Shown here: piece after piece, positions 15,019-27,444 of the stretch
Numbering within the stretch: the first letter of the stretch is position 1
Layout: each line of letters starts with the position of its first letter
Assembly: GCF_037042905.1 (NCBI RefSeq)
Contig: NC_087251.1
Coordinates: forward strand, 23,934,001-23,998,000
Direction of reading: 5' to 3'
Length of the DNA: 64,000 bases
Source: Lytechinus pictus
Lineage: Eukaryota
Notes under the pieces: generated by a model
What the model was told of the DNA's origin: nothing
What the model saw: the letters and a program-made list of their open reading frames with translations, nothing else
Database searches by the model: none
Made by a program: the position numbers and the translations under genes

Positions 15019-15518
15019 CTATGATGACTTCTCTCGTGTAGTCCGTCCCACATGCCAGTTATAAGCATTCACCATCAGCCTCTCCATACCACCATAGAAG
15101 ATCCCGACCCCTGTGAAGAACAATCCAACAATCAGGGTATGCCACCATGCAATGGAAGTGTACACCAACAGACACGTAATGAAGCACAAGAAGGAGATCC
15201 AGTAGACGAATGCGAGGAAGAGAGTGATACTGATCGCGGACACATATCCTCTGTCCACGCCGTCCCCGGTGGAGCTGCCGGATACGAACCTCCTGTCTCC
15301 GGTGTAATAATCCATGAGTTGGACCTCCTTCGCTTTCCATCTCTCTACACACCAGTCTTCATAGTTTGTATCTTGAGGTAGGGATTTGATGTCATATCGC
15401 TTCACATGGTAGTGGACCTCGTTGGGTAGCTTGGCCTTGAGGATATCCATCTCTCCACCTACAGGTATCCTATCAGGGTAGGCCACTGTCACGTCATAGA
15501 TGGCATCCACTGCTTCAT
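15019..15518 (-). CDS. LCLAT1: LCLAT1 last coding exon (acyltransferase C-terminal domain, TM helices, stop)
   Basis: TTTTGACAG acceptor, phase 1; encodes (H)EAVDAIYDVTVAYPDRIP...HYHVKRY...WCVERWKAKE...FYGGME...REKSS*. Lys at -3 resembles an ER-retrieval tail. Confidence 0.95.
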
Positions 15519-16056
15519 CTGTCAAAAGGTCAAAGGTCATCAGATATCATTCCTGCATTGATCTGATTTATTCAATGCTTGTTTATAACGTAAATCTTGT
15601 AAGTTCTATTTTCCATGAAGAAAAAATGATTTCAATGAAATGAAAAGGAAAACTTCTATTGACATTTTACATGTGACATATCATCAAATACAGGGGAATC
15701 TTTTCAAGCGTAATATTACATATGAAAAGTAAGAATTGTCTTGATATTTTCATCTCCAATACCACTGATAACAAAATAAATGCTTTAATTTAGCAAGCTA
15801 TTCAAAGATGAGATGCACTTGTCCAAATATAAAGGGAGTACATCCAAGTAAATCCAAAAAGTGTAAAAAATTACAATAAAAATTGTAACTGCCGTACTGT
15901 GACAGCACAAATACAAATAATTCAGAGTTTCAGACCATCAATTTATATCTGTAGTAATGCATTTTTCATACATGATCAACTTGTTTTGTAAATTAGTCTC
16001 CAGTTTATTTGCTTTATGTTGTTGCTGTGTTTATTTTTTTTCTTCAAAATACTCAC

Positions 16057-16188
16057 GTTTTCTTAGATGATCCATAATAAATTTGAAACCAGTTGTTCGA
16101 GGATGTAGAACATACTCATACTTTGGTAGATTATATTTTGTTGCATAGGAATCACTTCTATTCTTGCTGTCATCATTGTAGTCAGTTC
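16057..16188 (-). CDS. LCLAT1: LCLAT1 coding exon 5 (TDYN...VLHPRTTGF...)
   Basis: Not in the ORF track. TACAG acceptor; encodes (G)TDYNDDSKNRSDSYATKYNLPKYEYVLHPRTTGFKFIMDHLRK; C|GTGAGT donor. YEYVLHPRTTGF matches LCLAT1. Confidence 0.95.
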
Positions 16189-16875
16189 CTGTATATGTAA
16201 AATAGAAAATGCAATGTTTGAGTAATCTTGCTCAACAACACAACTAGCAACTCTGAAACTATAGTCTTCGACTCTAGTACATATACAGTAAAAAAAAAAT
16301 AATTAATTAGGGAAACATGTAAATTAGGAACAGATTAGCACACAAAAAGCATTCTTTATCCAGAATGATTAATTCTGTGTCTGTTTAACGCTATCCTGCT
16401 AGGTATCTTAGAACTATGATGCAAATAGTACATTAATGTCCCATTCAGCTAAGAATCATTAATAATTTGCCAGGTAAGGTTTTCTGCAGTAAGCCGCAAG
16501 AGCCATTTGGTCTGTAAAAATCAACTTTAGCAAAATATCTGAAAGAATAATTCTTTGTCTATGTGATGTAAAAAAATTGAACCAGATGAAAAAAGTTTAT
16601 TTGAGACAATTTGATTTCAGACTGCTGAGTTTTATATTAGGCCTATACATATTATGCTTGAGTGAATCAAAATTTAAAGACCTAATTTTCACCTAGTTCA
16701 TTCGATCTTGCCATGAAATGGTTCTACATTATAAAAAATATTTATACATTCATTTTCATATGTAAATAACATTTTAAATCTTGGGACCTATCAAACCACA
16801 TCAACATCTCAAAATTAATTTTGGTCCAGTTAATGTGGATTTTAGCTGAGAGGTCACATCTTTAAATTTAATCAC

Positions 16876-17349
16876 TAGAGGAACGCCTCTGGCAGTCTCA
16901 TCTGTATTACATGATTCAATACATTAGCAGTGCTAACTTTGAAAACAACTAAGATGAAAATGATTCACAAAACACACCATTAATATGATAATATTAAAGT
17001 TATGATGACATTTCAAAAAATAGCCCCACATGGTAAGAGAAAATTGACCCTAAAAAAAATTAATGTAGGTTAAGATTTCAATATTGATAACCAAGACATG
17101 GTCAGAGTTCACTTGCCCTAAATGACATTTGACCTTGATCGTGTAACCCGACACTTATGCAAGATGATCAGTGATGCTTCAATATTCAAGTTTCATGAAC
17201 TAGGTCCATATACTTTGTAAGTTATTATGATGATTTAAAAACCTAACTTTGGTTAAGATTTCAATGTTAACGATGCCGCCGCTGCAGTAGTTGCTGCCAC
17301 TGCCGCCATAGGAAAAGTGACGCCTATAGTCTCACTCTCCTGCAAGACA
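16876..17349 (-). mobile_element. Same family, degenerate copy 3
   Basis: GGAACGCCTCTGGCAGTCTCATCTG...GCCTATAGTCTCACTCT ends. Confidence 0.6.
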
Positions 17350-17911
17350 ATAAAGCTAAGTAATGTCATTTATGCAGCTATGTTGCAGGGTCAAACATCA
17401 GGGGAAAATTTCCTAAAGGAGCCCATTGCTGAATGAATATGAGTGACATGATCAAGGGATCTACATAGATATCATTCCTATCTTTCAACTAGAGTATCAA
17501 GTGGGATTTACTGGGTTTTATGCTGGTGGTAGTTCAATGAAAAAAAAAATGGAAAAGACCATGAATTAGAATTTACTGATCTTCCAATAAAAGAAAACAA
17601 ACAAATCTTGAAGTCTTATTACATCAGAAAATTTTTTATGCATTCTTTATCAGCACAATGGCCTTCAAGAAATTTATCTCAATGGACCAACTATTTAATA
17701 TTATCTTATAAGTAACTGGATTTCAACAAAGATTAGGCTAATTCATCTCTCTGATTGAAAGGCATTTCAGCTAAAAAAATAACATTCATGAATATTTGCA
17801 CTTAATTTCACGCTTGTGTGTAACAGACCAATCATGAATGCACGTTTTTAGGAAAACAGTACTATGCTTATGTCAGGGAGCCGTTTCATAAAGCTGTTCG
17901 TAAGTTAAGAG

Positions 17912-20900
17912 CATAGACTAATAAATACGTATAGACGGAAAGGTAGCACCCGCGGAAAAGCCTCATTTAAATAACATTTGCATATAACGTACAGATACTC
18001 CATAGAAGCTCCATGGTGATAAGCGTATTTTGTACCACTTTTGGCCACACCTCCTGGGAGACATTTGAACCGAATCCTAAGCCCCCATTTGCATATTGCT
18101 AATGAATCATTTATTTTTTCTTTGCGTATTCGCAAGATACTGTGATTTGATTGGACATTACCTCATGAATAATGTATTTTTCTATTGAAATTCGTACGTC
18201 ATAATTTGACCCCTATCGTCACTTCGGCTTAATCAAGGGCTGAAAGGTGACGTCACCCGCACAGAAGAAGGTTATTTCCTTGAAAGATTTTCGGTGAGTA
18301 CTGTCAGATTAACGCTGAATTTTAATTCATTTACAAAAATAAATCAAAAGATCTGATGTTATATGGGATCTTTAGATGTCTGGGTATAACGTGAATTAAT
18401 TTTTGTTTATAAAAAGTGAACAATTAGGAAGCAAACGACTTGCGAAAACTCAAAACTATTTCCATCGTCGTGAGCTAAAAATGGTGGCTATAAAGCCTAT
18501 ATTACTTGATGTAAATCTCCATCTGCTACCATTTGAGACCTCGTATATCAATTCACGCCAGACTTTCGGGCGAGAGTTTCTCTGAAATTTCGATTCCTAC
18601 CGAAGATCTCAGCAGGCATGAAATGAACTAGACCAAAAGCTTCAGTCTCTGTATTTTGGTTGTTCCGCTGAACTACGTTGGCTCCACTCACCAAACAGTA
18701 AAATGTCAGAAATTGTTGAATAAATCCCCAGAAACGACGGTTATTCCTGTCTAGAAATGAACTAGAATCTAGATAACGTTTAGGCTACACATATTGAGTT
18801 TAGAAAGACATTCACTCCATTAACCCGTCCCTTTGAATTCACATATTAAGACAATAGGACCGTAGCCTCTAGAGTAGATCTAGAGTCTAGTCCTCGATCA
18901 TTTTGTAAAAAAAGATGTTTTTCCCAAACTTATTTCTACTAATAATACGGTACTACACTAGTTCTTATGTTTCCTTTTATTTTTTTTAAACTTGAAAGTT
19001 GGGCCTACCGCCTTGATCTAGATCTAGACCAAGTCTAAGTTAATCTAACTTAGACTAGTAACTTAGAGTTAGACGTAGGGCCTACCCCGGGGTCTGAACG
19101 TCGCCACTTCGGACAGCCTCGGACTCGGCAACATAGATCTAGAGGGGAGTAGAGATCTAGTCTAAGTTGGGCCTAATTCATCGGTAGATCTGATTACAGG
19201 TCTTGGCTAAAGCTAAAAGAAAACATTTCTACCTCCCAGCCTATCTAGCTTAGGCTAGGTCTAACTTGTTATAGACCTAGACTAGACTTGGATCTAGGCC
19301 TACAACAAAGTCAAAGCGACCTGTAGAATCTATATAGGCTTAGTATTATTTCAGTCAGGGTCTTAAGTTAAGGCCAAAGGGTTTATTTAATTTTGGAGGT
19401 TAGCTTTTGTTTGGCCTAACGTGCAGATTTTCCATCGGAGCACTTGTCATCAGAGCAAATGTCATGAAACTATTTTAAAGACACGTCTAGGTCAAGACAG
19501 CTTTAGTCTAGATCTAACACTTGTATGATTCAATAAATTGAAAGTTCGCAGAATAGTAGGTTTAACAAATATGAAATTTAGATCTAGGCCTACTTTTGAT
19601 GTAGATCTAGATCTACTTACATTTAGTTCCAGATCTATGTACGTCAGAGTCTATGACTAGATCTAGATATATACGCTATAGTCCAAGTGTTATGTTTTTT
19701 TTTTTTACAATAGCTTGTATTGCTAACATTTCTGTCTGTGTATTGTTTTAATCAACAGACATAGAACATGATGCTGCTTCACATCCTCTTTTAAAGACTC
19801 AAGAATTACAAGACCAAATTAAGCTGCAGGACCCTCCTGATTCAAAAAGGTAAAAAAAACAATAATCATCCTATATATCAAACTGAATGACTTCATGTAT
19901 TTACATACCAAACGACTTTATCCAAGAATGATTCCAGATGTCGATTATTTCATAATCCTACAATGGTTATATTAAAACCCATTTCAAATTTCAATACCCA
20001 TGTTCAATAATTTACAAGATAATTGTTTAGTAAATTCTTTTTAGTGTCAATACACAAATTAATTTCTTTGAAATTTTGCTAACTCATAGGTTTTGACATC
20101 ATTGGCATCTGGAGTCATTAATTTTAGCCATGCCTTATTTTGGTGCAAATCAAAATCTACATCTCTGCAAAGAATACATACTGACTATCCAACCATGAAT
20201 ATGATATCAAATTATTTGGGAGAATATACTCTTTCTATTGGTATATAATATGCGTTCATGACATATTTTTACCTTAAATTGGGGTTTTGTGAGGTGTCCC
20301 TTTTTTTTTTTGGGGGGGGGGGGGCTCACACGGTAGACCAAGATCTAAGTTTTATTGAGTAAATGAAAAAAAAATCAGCTCAGAGACTAGGCTGGAGTCG
20401 TTTTGACAGGCTCCATTTTCATTTTCACCTGTCATATTTTCACGGGACAATTAATATCACCTACCGGTAGATCTAGCTTGTCAAAATTAAATAAGAAAAT
20501 CAGAATATACTATACTATAGGCTAAGCAAGTGGAAAGTCATTTTGTAATCAATTTATTTGCTTCCTACCCACTCATGAATTCTTCAATCCACACCAGATT
20601 TTGTAAAGGCGACTCATTCGGCTTGTGATTTCATTAAGCTTTTATATTTTTTTTTATTTCTTTTTATTTTGATGATGGCTTGATTGAATTGCTAACATTT
20701 CTGTCTTTTTGTGTGTGTTTTTTTTCAACAGACATGGAACAGGACTCTGCTTCACATCCTTTGTTTTAGAGACTCAAGAACTACAAGACCAAATTAAGGG
20801 TTTGCTTTTTTAATTCCAATAACAATTTTCTGGTGGAAGAATTAGGGAATAATGCATTGACAATATGCCAAACATCCTATATCAAACTGAATTACTGCAT

Positions 20901-23478
20901 GTATTTACAATAGAGTATTGTAACCGCTTCCCCCTCACCACTGACCAAACAAAACCCACAAACAATTTTAGAGGGATAGGGTTATTTTAGGGGTAATTAT
21001 CCTTGCTGATTGTAGCAGTAGTTTTTACAAATATGGATGTAGTTAATGATGATGTTTATGATAATAATACTTAGAATAATAAATTCATTACGATGACATA
21101 ACAGTAATGATGAATAAATATGATAATTCAGCACTATAATATGTACATGAAATTGTGTAACAATTTTGGCAATGAAGAATTTTTAACAAAAATAATGATC
21201 AATGAATTCGGGGGGGGGGGCATGTGACATTGCATCTGTGTTTGTGAGGACAGTAGTCTCTTTCACACCATTTCATCTTAAGCAGATGGGAACGAGCTCT
21301 GATCAAAATTTGATCTTTAAACTCAAGAGGAAAATAATTGTTACCTGATTTATGTATTTGGAATAAAATGAATTGAAATAATAATTTTGTCATTGTCACT
21401 GAATTAACAAGTCTTCTATAATTCTTTTAGCTGAGAGTTCAGGTGAATCAAGATATTTGAGGAGACACTGAAAGTACTAGTAGAATTAATGGACGAGCAA
21501 TAGTGAACAAACAGCATAAATTTAAGAGTAATGAGACCTACATTTTGCAGCCATGGATCAAGGTTGGAGGGGGTGGTAGTTGCAGGTTTTCTCTGTAAAA
21601 ATCACCCCCATTAAAAAACATAACAAATAATATATAAAGATATTTTTAAAAAATGAATAAATTTGAAAATAAAATAGAAAACAATCCTTTTGAGAACCAG
21701 GACCTTTAAGGTGGAGGGCAAAAGACTCCCCCCCCCCCTTAAAGAATTTTTGATCCATGGCTGTTATGTAGATGTGATAGAGAATTTCTAAATATATATA
21801 TTTTTTAAATGAGAAAGATACATGGGTGATTTCAAGTTTGCTGTTGAACTTTTGGTGTGGCGTCTTACAAGTTTTACATCATCATCACAGCACCAAAATT
21901 ACAATCAAATTGATTCATAGATTCATCTCACTTGATGTTGAGCTATTAATGTGATTTTGATTATTTTTGTAAACTCACATTAGGTTTTGGAGGAAGGAAG
22001 AACTAAATTGTGCTACGAACACCAACGCCAAAGTTAGAATCACCCAGTGTATTTTCTTTTTTTAATGAATTGCGAGAAGAGCTGAGAGGTGGAAAATATA
22101 AGAGAAAGAGTTGTGTGTGTGGTTTAATAATGAGAGTGCGATATGGCAAAGAGAGAGCTGAAGAGAGATTAAAAGAATAGATAATGTATTATAATGATAA
22201 TGTGAAGGGGCATAGGGTGCACAAGAGAGTGGACAGAGCCAATTGACAATTTACCCACAAGGAGAAACCATAAAGGGCCATTTTATTCTTTATTTATTTT
22301 GAGAGGAGGCGGGGATAAATGAGGGAGAAACAATTTATAAAGAGTGGGGAAGAGGAATAAGATGAATAGAGATGACTTTTAAAGACAAAAATTAGGCCAA
22401 TCAGAGTGTGTGTGGGGGGGGGGGGCAAAGCCGATCAGTGCGCCCCCCTCCCCAAATTTGACAGGCTCAATTAAAAATTGTAATGTAAAGTGTGTCCCCC
22501 TTCTGAAAGTGAAGACCCCCCCCCCCCTTTTTTTTGCTTTTCAAATTTTTCCTTGAGAAAATGTGCCCCCCTTTGGAAAAATCCTAGATCCGCCCTGCCT
22601 GAAACTGATGAAGTTTGGTAATGACATGTCACTTATCTGTGCTCTTAAAAAGAGTGAACACAAAGAAATTAGATTACCCCCCCCCCTGCAAAAAAGAATT
22701 AAATGATCATTATCAATAATTGGAAAGGCTTAGCGTAAAAAACACACTATTAATTAATTACAGAAAATAAATAGGTTCTAATTAAATCCAATCCTATTTT
22801 CTAAAGAATTTTTTGATTCAGAATTTGTTTTTACTATATCATTACTAACATACACTGCGATGTGAAACATGCCTCTAGTGATTCTGATCTGGAGAACAGC
22901 AGAGAAAGGTCGTATTTTTTTAAAATGAAAGAACCAAATTACAAAACCAGTAAGTGAAACGTTCAAACTGAAATACATAGTTATTATTTATATTGGCGTA
23001 TTGTTATTGTGAAATAAACTAGTTCGTAAATATCTTCCCCTTTCATTTACACCGATGTTAAAAAGAAGATAAAAACAGGCTGATTCACCCCCCCCCCCCC
23101 CATCTCCAGGTTAAACAAGATTAAGAAAAGTGTCAGGCTGCGGTGCTAGTGTACGTTGCATGTAAACTGCATTCTATGCACGGATTGAAAAACATGCATT
23201 CATGATGACTCATTGTAGTGAAGAACGCTGATTGGTCAATAGTAGTAAGAAGTAGATTAATCACGTGATGAATATATTAAATTTCATGAATAATTAACGC
23301 AAAGTTGACCTCGCTCAATGCGCATGCGTGACGCTGATCTCCACTTTCTGCTTCGTCATATAAAGAGTCTATTGGGATGTGTGGAGCAGCGAACTGATGA
23401 ATTATTCATGCATATGCAAATGGGGGCTTAGGATTTGCCCAAATGTCTCCGACAAAATGGCGGAGCTTCGGGGGCCTG
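17912..23478. mobile_element. 5567-bp non-autonomous DNA element with asymmetric ends, subterminal inverted repeats and 8-bp TSD (superfamily unresolved)
   Basis: Flanked by direct repeat GTTAAGAG (17904-17911, 23479-23486); interrupts a foldback MITE; perfect 24-bp inverted repeat at 18073-18096 / 23412-23435. Confidence 0.8.
21548..21763. mobile_element. MITE nested in the 5.57-kb element
   Basis: TIRs CAGCCATGGATCAA / TTGATCCATGGCTG. Confidence 0.65.
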
Positions 23479-23809
23479 GTTAAGAGCGACTTTAAGAACG
23501 ACTGGTGAACCTTTCTTACGCGCTAAACCATCACCAATTCAATATACTATTTACCACAAGAAAGGATCACAAGTCCTTCTTAAAGTCGCTCTTAACTTAC
23601 GAACAGCTTTATGAAACACCCACCTGTTTCATAAAATAGATCCATATACAAGTTGAAACATTTCAAAAACTTAACCTTGTTACGTTTCTAGTTGATGGCT
23701 GTCACCGCCACCGTCGATGAGTGGTGCCCATGTCTAGCTTCTGCTAAACATGCAATATAAAAACAAATGGAAAAAAAAAAAAAATGAAATGAAAGAAATA
23801 TCTTCAAAC

Positions 23810-23941
23810 CTTCAGGAAAGATGAGATACTGAGCATTGTATCGCATATCACAGAAGTAATCTAACATCATGGCCAACGATTCTTTGTCTTGTTCCCAACG
23901 TCTTTTTAAGAAGATATATGACGCTATCTGCATTGCCCAGC
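23810..23941 (-). CDS. LCLAT1: LCLAT1 coding exon 4 (GWAMQ...IFPEG)
   Basis: TTCAG acceptor; encodes GWAMQIASYIFLKRRWEQDKESLAMMLDYFCDMRYNAQYLIFPEG (motifs II/III); GAAG|GTTTGA donor, phase 1. Confidence 0.95.
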
Positions 23942-24501
23942 CTGAATGCAAAGAAACAAATTAATATCATCCAAATAAATAAAGTAGTAGTTTTGGTACG
24001 TAGAGGAAGAGATTTTTTAGCATACATTATCATACCCCACATAAATCAACTTGAAAGGAAAACATCTTATTTTGTTGCCTCCATCAATAATTGATAAAGT
24101 GCTCTAAACCAAATATTTAATTGATTTGTTCTGGGCAAATTAATCCAGCTTGTGGAACAGGCTTTCAGACCCGCTTCAAAACATCACACCTTAAAATTTA
24201 CAATATTTAATCAATTCTTGCCAAGTTTATTATACAGTTGAAATTTGTTTTAACAAATATGATGAATTTTACAAATTAGATTAAGTGGTAGAGAAAATGC
24301 ACTTATTGGTTTGTGTAGTGGACAAGACATTGTGTGATGTCTGATATGCGACAAAATAAGTGCATTCTCTCTACAAGGGTATAATTGTGTTTCACTTTGA
24401 TTAGGATATTTTAATAGACTATTCAAAATTACTTGATCATTGTGAATTAATCATAAGACAAAGTCAGTCCTTGAATAATCATGTTTAGTTGCTTCTCTGA
24501 C

Positions 24502-24690
24502 CTGGCCCTGGTAAATGTTTGAGTTCATTCTTGAGGATGATCTTCTCTGATCTGACAGAACTGAGAGAGAAGAGGGGTATCCAGAAGAACATCCAATCCA
24601 ATCTTGTCCGATGGTTCATCATGATAACGCTCCTCTCTGATTTTCTCGGTCTGTCGCCGCTCACCCTACATTTCACTCCAAATATTACTT
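24502..24690 (-). CDS. LCLAT1: LCLAT1 coding exon 3, acyltransferase motif I (NHRTRLD)
   Basis: TTCGCAG acceptor; encodes (E)VIFGVKCRVSGDRPRKSERSVIMMNHRTRLDWMFFW...LKNELKHLPGP; CAG|GTCAGA donor, phase 1. Contains the HX4D catalytic motif of PlsC/AGPAT-family acyltransferases. Confidence 0.95.
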
Positions 24691-26830
24691 CTGCGAAACA
24701 AATGATAAAAGGCTTAATTCCATAGAAAAATAAGGTCTACTCTAAACTCAGTATTCTAAGGGTTGTTTATTATAAGGAATTGATACTGGTATGACTAAAT
24801 GAATAGTGGTTCATTTCATTCAAGTTTAATAATGATAACAATAGTAATAATATCAATTCAATTATGGTTCAATTAGGTTTCAATTAATAATAATACGAAC
24901 AACAATAAGACCACCATACCACTATTACTACTAATCATAATGATATTAATATTATAATAAAAGGTAATTCGGGTAGCAATGACAAGTTCATCCAGTAAGC
25001 CACTAGATAAGATGGAATGTAGAAATTATGCAATTTACTTCCAAAATCTGACTTGATTGACATGAAATATTCATTTTTTTGTGTCTTTTCATTCATGTCC
25101 CGTTCATCAAGTAAATATACTAGTTAAACGTTTTTAAACATCTTTATGATCTTTTAAAATAATAAAATAAATTTCATATTATATGAAATAAATCAAATTG
25201 AATTAAGATAGTTGAGGGGTCATTAATGCCAAAAAAAATATCAGTGCGCAAAGCAATCTTTGTCATGATAAAAGTAAGCTGGGGAGATAAATCAAAAGTT
25301 TTAGTTGATCTTGTTTTCATTATGCAGCATACATTATTTCACAATTTTTTAACCTAATACACTCTACCGAACAAAAACTCTGTCTGGCTTTCACAAAGGA
25401 CTAGAACATCACCATGGTAACTGATTGTGAGCTTAGTGAAGGATAATCAAATTTCCATTAACTCTAATGGCCAATGTGATGTCCAATGACAGTAGCTGAA
25501 TACTACATGTATGTGCACAAATCATTATTAGCCTCTACCATTATACTTACTCAGGACTATGCATGTACATGTCAGCCTCATATTTGCATTTAGAAGTATA
25601 TTATCATAAATATTGAGGATGCAATAAACATAAATTGTAGTGAAGTGATATTTTTGGTTCATTTTGAATGATTTACTGGTTCATGCTCTGCTGACTAAAG
25701 GCTAGCAAGAAAAGAGATCTCCATACACACCCAAACAAACCATCTAGGGTAGTATGTTGTGCATTGTCATTGCTCTATTACTGTTTTAAATAGTCATGCA
25801 TGTATTGCTATGATTGTCACCCCCCATAAGTAAAATAAGATAAAATGAAATAAAATGAATGATCAAATAAATAGATACAAACTGAAAAATTGGGGGGAAA
25901 TTGGCTTCTCTTTTAATAGAATGATAGCTATACCCAGATCACCCAAGAGTCTCACTACCTTCATCAATGTTATTTTACTTGCTTACTACTTTCACTTTCT
26001 AATCAGTGTGTTGATTTGTATGTACTATTCATAGGACATTATTAATGAAAGAAAATGCCGAAGTTAAGTTTTTATATATATCATGGATATTTATAAGATA
26101 TTTCACAATAAGACCCATCTTTTATTACTGTTAAAAAATTGTGATTGTAGGTGTAATGGTGCTTCATTTTATGTATTGTGCACCAGATTAGATTTTTCTA
26201 CTCTATATTATTATTTTTATATCAATAGGTAAAACTTTTGCACCTATTCTTTTACATATAAATAACAATAAATTTTTGGTTCTTTAAGTATTAACTGGTA
26301 GAAATTTAGAACACAATTGATAAAAGAAAAGGGACAGACCACTGTCCATTGGGACAGCATTATGTCTTCACAATGACTATTTCCTTCTTTCAAATAATCA
26401 TTAACTGGACATCAAGGTTGGCATATTTTGATAACATGTACAAATATTCAACTAACATAACAACATATGTCCATATTGTACAAGATGTCCCCCCCCCCCC
26501 TGGGCCCCATAGGGAGAAAAATTGTGTAATGTGGTAACATCGTCATTGAGAATTCAGAGATTTCCACATGATATATTTTGGTAGAATGGTAGATACAGTG
26601 TGCTTCTACATTTAAATGCCCTTGATACATTTCACACTGTATTTATATGTTTAGTTTTTTTTGTATGTTTGATTAGGAGTATGATATCAATCACATTGAA
26701 AAGTAATATACATGTTACCGGGTACTGGAATCTGATACTTTTTTACTAGTAAGTGCAAGAGGTGGTGGAGCACAAAAAAAACAGAAACACAACATGGATA
26801 AAGACAGTGAAAAAAAAACAATTAACTCAC

Positions 26831-26840
26831 CTAAAAAAAA
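26831..26840 (-). CDS. LCLAT1: LCLAT1 10-nt microexon (TTT TTT TTA G = F-F-L plus first base of E)
   Basis: Minus strand reads CTACAG|TTTTTTTTAG|GTGAGT. It bridges the phase-0 donor at 28939 to the phase-1 acceptor at 24690 and gives WLTLPV-FFLE-VIFGVK, colinear with vertebrate WLTLPV-ALLE-TMFGVK. Confidence 0.75.
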
Positions 26841-26907
26841 CTGTAGTTTTCCATTTGTCATGAAAATGAAACAAATAAAAATAAGCTTTGTGAAAGAGAT
26901 TAAGCAA

Positions 26908-27444
26908 TATGAATATGCGCAGTTCAATATCAAACATCCTAAAACTTATAAAAAAATAAACAAATCTATTCAAGTAAATATTTTCTGAGAATCTTTTTTT
27001 TATGAAAAAAAATGAAAAAGAAAAGCTAAAATGCATGATTGATGGGTATGAAATGATGGAAGTTTTAATATGTTATTTTGAAATAAATCAAGTCAACATC
27101 ACCTGGGCATAATTTCCTTGTTTCTGTTTATGTTTGTAATTCAGGTTTAACACAAGGAGACAACCAATAGATGAATATGAATATGCGCAGTTCTTCAATA
27201 TCAAACATCCTAAAACTTATACAAAAATAAACATAAATCTATTCAAATAAAAATACTTTCTGAGAATTTTTTTTTATGAAAAAAAAAATGAAAAAGAAAA
27301 GCTAAAATGCATGATGGGTATGAAATGCTGAAAGTTTTAATATGTTATTTTGAAATAAATCAAGTCAACATCACCTGGGCATAATTTCCTTGTTTCTGTT
27401 TATGTTTGTAATTCAGGTTTAACACAAGTAGACAACCAATAGAT
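26908..27444. repeat. Tandem duplication of ~270 bp, with a third degenerate copy at ~27840-27960
   Basis: ATGAATATGCGCAGTTC...GACAACCAATAGATGA occurs twice back to back. Confidence 0.9.

Larger units (their letters stand above)
17876..23625. mobile_element. Foldback (Harbinger-like) MITE split by the 5.57-kb insertion (pieces 17876-17911 and 23487-23625)
   Basis: The rejoined sequence forms a hairpin: GTTTCATAAAGCTGTTCGTAAGTTAAGAGCGACTTTAAGAA...TTCTTAAAGTCGCTCTTAACTTACGAACAGCTTTATGAAAC. A degenerate copy lies near 8528-8682. Confidence 0.8.

Noticed and set aside
15052..15381. Overlapping 109-aa plus-strand and 97-aa alternative-frame ORFs
   Set aside because: Shadow frames of the LCLAT1 last exon; likewise 24519-24725 and 28895-29131.
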